Shown here one piece after another: positions 59,966 through 64,000 of a DNA stretch of 64,000 nt. A model generated the notes under the pieces. That model was not told where the DNA came from and did not search any database. It worked only from the letters and a program-made list of their open reading frames with translations. Within the stretch, counting starts at the first letter, position 1. Every line of letters starts with the position of its first letter. The stretch covers positions 110,353-174,352 of the forward strand of contig JAUCBJ010009083.1 in assembly GCA_032718475.1 (NCBI GenBank), in the 5' to 3' direction. The stretch is from Nemertoderma westbladi. Taxonomy: Eukaryota > Animalia > Xenacoelomorpha. The position numbers and the translations under genes were made by a program.

Positions 59966-62900
59966 ACCTCCCCTATGCCTCTTCATTACTAATAGTAAGT
60001 AAGGTATGACGCTCTAACTGTACCCGCCCTAATTATCAACACACATGTATTAATTTGTTATTAGTATGTCGCATGTTTTATACTTTACTAGCAATAAAAG
60101 TACTACCGGTAGGGTAGGCCTACTAACAAATTTAATAAAAGTGAAGAAAAGCCGTGTTTTCGCTTACTTATTTTTATCGAATAATAGTCCTTTCCCATAA
60201 TCTGGAATAATTTCCGTCGCTTATTAGTGAAGAAAAGGAAACTTCCATTCTTTACTTTATTTTAGTAAGTATTTTAATAAGATCCTCGGCTGGATGTCAG
60301 CATATAAATTATTGTAGACTATGCTATTTATATAGGCCAAGTTTATATTTATTAGGTTATTTTGTAATTAAATTATTATTAAGAAATGTAGTTAATTTAA
60401 ATTACACATCAATGATACAGTATTAGACGTACGTACGCGATTTCCAGTTAAAAATGTACCTTTTTGCTTTTTGCAGTCCAAAGTGTAGGGCCTACTGTAA
60501 TTAAAAGTAATATTATTCGATAAGCATTATTCTGTCTGAGTGTATTGGTTTTTGCCACGAGTTCGCAGGTTTTAAAATTCCATCGAGTGCAAACCTCAAT
60601 ACATGAGGGCAGAACTCCGAACATCTGGATTTCGGTCGCCTGGAATTATTTACAAGGAGTTCGTTCCCAAGAGTACAAGGAGTTGTTTTATCAAATATTC
60701 AGCGAATGTTACAACAAATACATAGTATCTCGTTATCTGTTATTATATGAGATCCAATATTATATTAATCCGTTTTAAAGTTTTGAAATTTTGCTGCCCC
60801 TCGAACCCAGAAGATAATAACACAACTCCTGCGTTCTGTCAAATGAGATAAATTTCGCACTTTTTATCACTAAATTTGTGATAGAAAGACTCTCGTCACA
60901 AAATTAGTGATATAAAGACATTCTGTCACTAATTTAGTGATATAAAGTAATAAACGTGTGCGAAAGAAGTACTTTCTTACACCTTTTTCTACAAATTCTA
61001 GTGAGAAAGTGTATTTTTCAGATAAATAAAGTTATTCTCAATTTCCTATAATTATTTTTTAGTTATTAGGCCTAATTAAGTTATAAACTCCTAATTATAA
61101 AACAATAGACTAACTATTATAGAAGTATTAATTAGAACTATGTGTCTGTGGTCGATAATTAAACAATGACAGCAAAAGTAGAAAAGAATATTACAGTATT
61201 TGGGAGTCTTGTTCTAAAGAAACCTTTTAATTTGTACAAATTGAACAGATGGAAATGCATCCACAAAGAATATGTAGTAGGCCTATTTATTTAGTCCATC
61301 TGAATGCGAGGCCTAATATCATTAAAAATCGATTTTTCCGTTATCCTATGTAATAGTTAGCTGTATAATGTTAATTCACAAATAATTCAACCGAAACATA
61401 ATTATCCCGCAGTCTTTTGCGTCTGATCATATGTTATGATCAGACCAATCACAAACTGTGTGCGAAATTACTATTATTCGAAATTGGCCGAAAGTTTTTA
61501 GTAACAATTTTTATATATGTGGATAGGAAGGAAAAAGTAATTATATAAAAATAAACTAGTAATAGAGTACTAAGATATTCTAAATGACTCGAACGGACGG
61601 AATGGTTTACATTTTTATATGGCATTTAGAAATAACTAAATATCGAATCACTTATAAAGGACAACAGGTGGGATGTTACCCATCCTTCATTTATTATACC
61701 GTTGGAACGTAAATTATTCCACCCCAGTTTACATAGAATAGGTACGTGCATTCTTATTGAAACCTTCCATCCTGTCTCATTTAACAACATAAACATAATA
61801 TATGACATACATAATACATTACATAGACATTCATGGAAGCAAAATAAATATAATTTTGGCACCGCCATATGAATAAACTCCCCAATGCGATGCCTAAAAC
61901 ACAGCTATCCGTTACTACTGTACAAGGGTTACAGTGACATTAAAGGCAAATACGGTAGAAATAGTTTGGCAACATTGGAAATAAAACAACAGCAGAATTA
62001 AGGGGAAGTTGGGTAGGAATGGAATGGAGAGAGTTTTTCTGGGGGGATAAGAAAACTGCAAAGAAATACATTTTAATGTATTAGTGAGATACTTCTAGTA
62101 TAGCTAATAAGTGGGGTACAGTATAGCGTAATAATATTAATTTTGTATGACTTTTGGGCCAATAATAATAATTTTCGCATATAGTACTCACTCATCCAAT
62201 CATTTATTGATAACATTTTTCGTTGCTTAACATTTGGTGACTATCAGGAGCCTTCGATACCACGTTATGGAACACATAATATCATGCCAATTGTTGTGAA
62301 TCTAAATTAGATTTATAATTATTAGGCCACAAAAACTGATGCAAATTTATTTTCAACACCAAACAGCAAACACACGTTCGTGTTTACTAGACAAATTAGT
62401 ATCGTTAACTCGAAGTATCGAACCACGGATTTTCAATGATAGTTGGTAGATCAATAATAGTTTCAATGATGTCGTTCGTAAAAGGTTAATATTTCTTCCC
62501 ATCTTTTTATTCGCGATCCAACAATAGAGAAAGTGAGCACATTGACTGAAAGAAAAAAAGTGATGATTTTCCCGGTTATATTTCAGCGTTTTTATTCACT
62601 CGGCGTTAGACTTTCTTTTCCTCGCCATTTTAGTGCAATTTTTCAACTTTTCTTTCAAAATGTTTTCTTTTTAAGTATCATTTAACATTTTGAAAAAACA
62701 ACGCACTAAAAAAAGACTTAAATCACGGCGGAAAAAAAGCAGTGCGAAAATAGGTCTCTGTCTTGGTGATTATTTTGATTATTTTTCTGTATGTTCTAGT
62801 TTGGTATTCATGTCTAACTCTAAAGCGCCATTTATTCGTTAACAAAAGTTCTATAAAAATTAGTAAAAGTTATATAAAAATTCCTAAAGAATATTTCCCA

Positions 62901-64000
62901 ACTAAATACTGTAAATATTGAACATTTAACAAATTTTTTATTTGTAACTTGTAACGAATTTTTAGATAACTTCTGGATTTTTATGCAGCTTTTAATACAA
63001 GTTTTGGAAATGCTTATATAACTTTTGAGAATTTTAATGCTGAAAGAGCTTCGAAGTCGAAAAGGTTTCACGTAATTTGAGCAAAATTAATGCACACACT
63101 CAAAAGTGTCACTGGTGTCCATGGGGCGTATTCCAAAACAGAACTCAATTAATATCAAATATATTGGTTTGTAGTTGAGCTGCCCTCTACTTAAATTAAT
63201 AAATATTTCAAAACATTAAATTATTTAACATTGAGAAAGACAGCATCAGGAGTTAAAGAGTAAAAACTTGGAATTGCTGTAATTACTAAATTAATGTTGT
63301 TTCGTTTAATATATTTTGTAACACTACTTGTTCTATCTTTTATAAAAGAATTAAGGGTGGTAATATGGCTAATATTCCAGATTATGATGTATTTATTAAA
63401 TATAATAAAATAGCCTCGCGCCGGTGCATAACCATGCAACATTTGAACGCCCATATCTCAGCTATTTTTCAACGAAATTCAAATTGTGTTACATATTTGG
63501 AATCCTTGCATGGCCAGCTTTCCATTGGTACCAACAAACAGCTATAAGGTAGAAGAATAACTGCGGTGTAACTGGTGTAATATCGCTGGAGACACTTTTT
63601 TTAAACGCTTGTAGCTAAAGATTGAAAGCAAAAATAAAAATTCTGGCTCACCCAGTCAGTGGTCGGGAGGTGAAACTATCTCTGTTTCAAATTTCATGCA
63701 ATCTCATTAAGATTTGTAGAAAAATTAGGGGGGGGGGGGGGGGGTGTCACTGAATTACGACACTATATTCTGGGACATGGTGTATTGCGTAGCTAATCAT
63801 ACATAAACAAATTGTTCCAGAATATTGTGAATTTATTAAATAGAATAATTGGCCTGCAGCGAACGATAATTCTTGCATCTTTGAACGCCTATATCTCACA
63901 GCTGTTTCTCAACGAAATTCAAACATTGTTACATATTTGGAATACTTGGAACGGAAGCTTTTAAATAATATCTATAAAGCAAGGTTAATGTGAAGAATGA

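Overview
AT-rich eukaryotic (invertebrate animal-like) genomic DNA. It holds five host genes, nearly all with intronless CDSs: CFAP300/C11orf70 (+), a cold-shock-domain/RGG protein with a mitochondrial-type presequence (+), a stand-alone NF-kB p105/p100-C-terminus-like IkB gene (-, one CDS intron), SLC10A7 (-) and an AMPA-type glutamate receptor (-). The dominant feature is a 20.9-kb three-LTR BEL/Pao-lineage composite retroelement (8497-29378, minus strand, 5-bp TSD ATATG) inserted in one TIR of a MULE-like element. Its two internal units encode Gag plus protease but have lost RT and integrase. The most interesting signal is that neither unit has a tRNA primer-binding site. Instead, the 11-12 nt after each 5' LTR are perfectly complementary to a site inside that same LTR, and the pairing co-varies between two diverged LTR types. 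This is the signature of Tf1-style self-primed reverse transcription, here in a BEL/Pao element. Other items: a zinc-knuckle accessory ORF in the element, His at the glutamate receptor Q/R site, paralog-supported TA-duplicating micro-insertions (TACTGTA/TAGGCCTA/TACCGGTA), several MITEs, LINE and SINE relics and minisatellites. All alignments were done by eye; no database searches were run.
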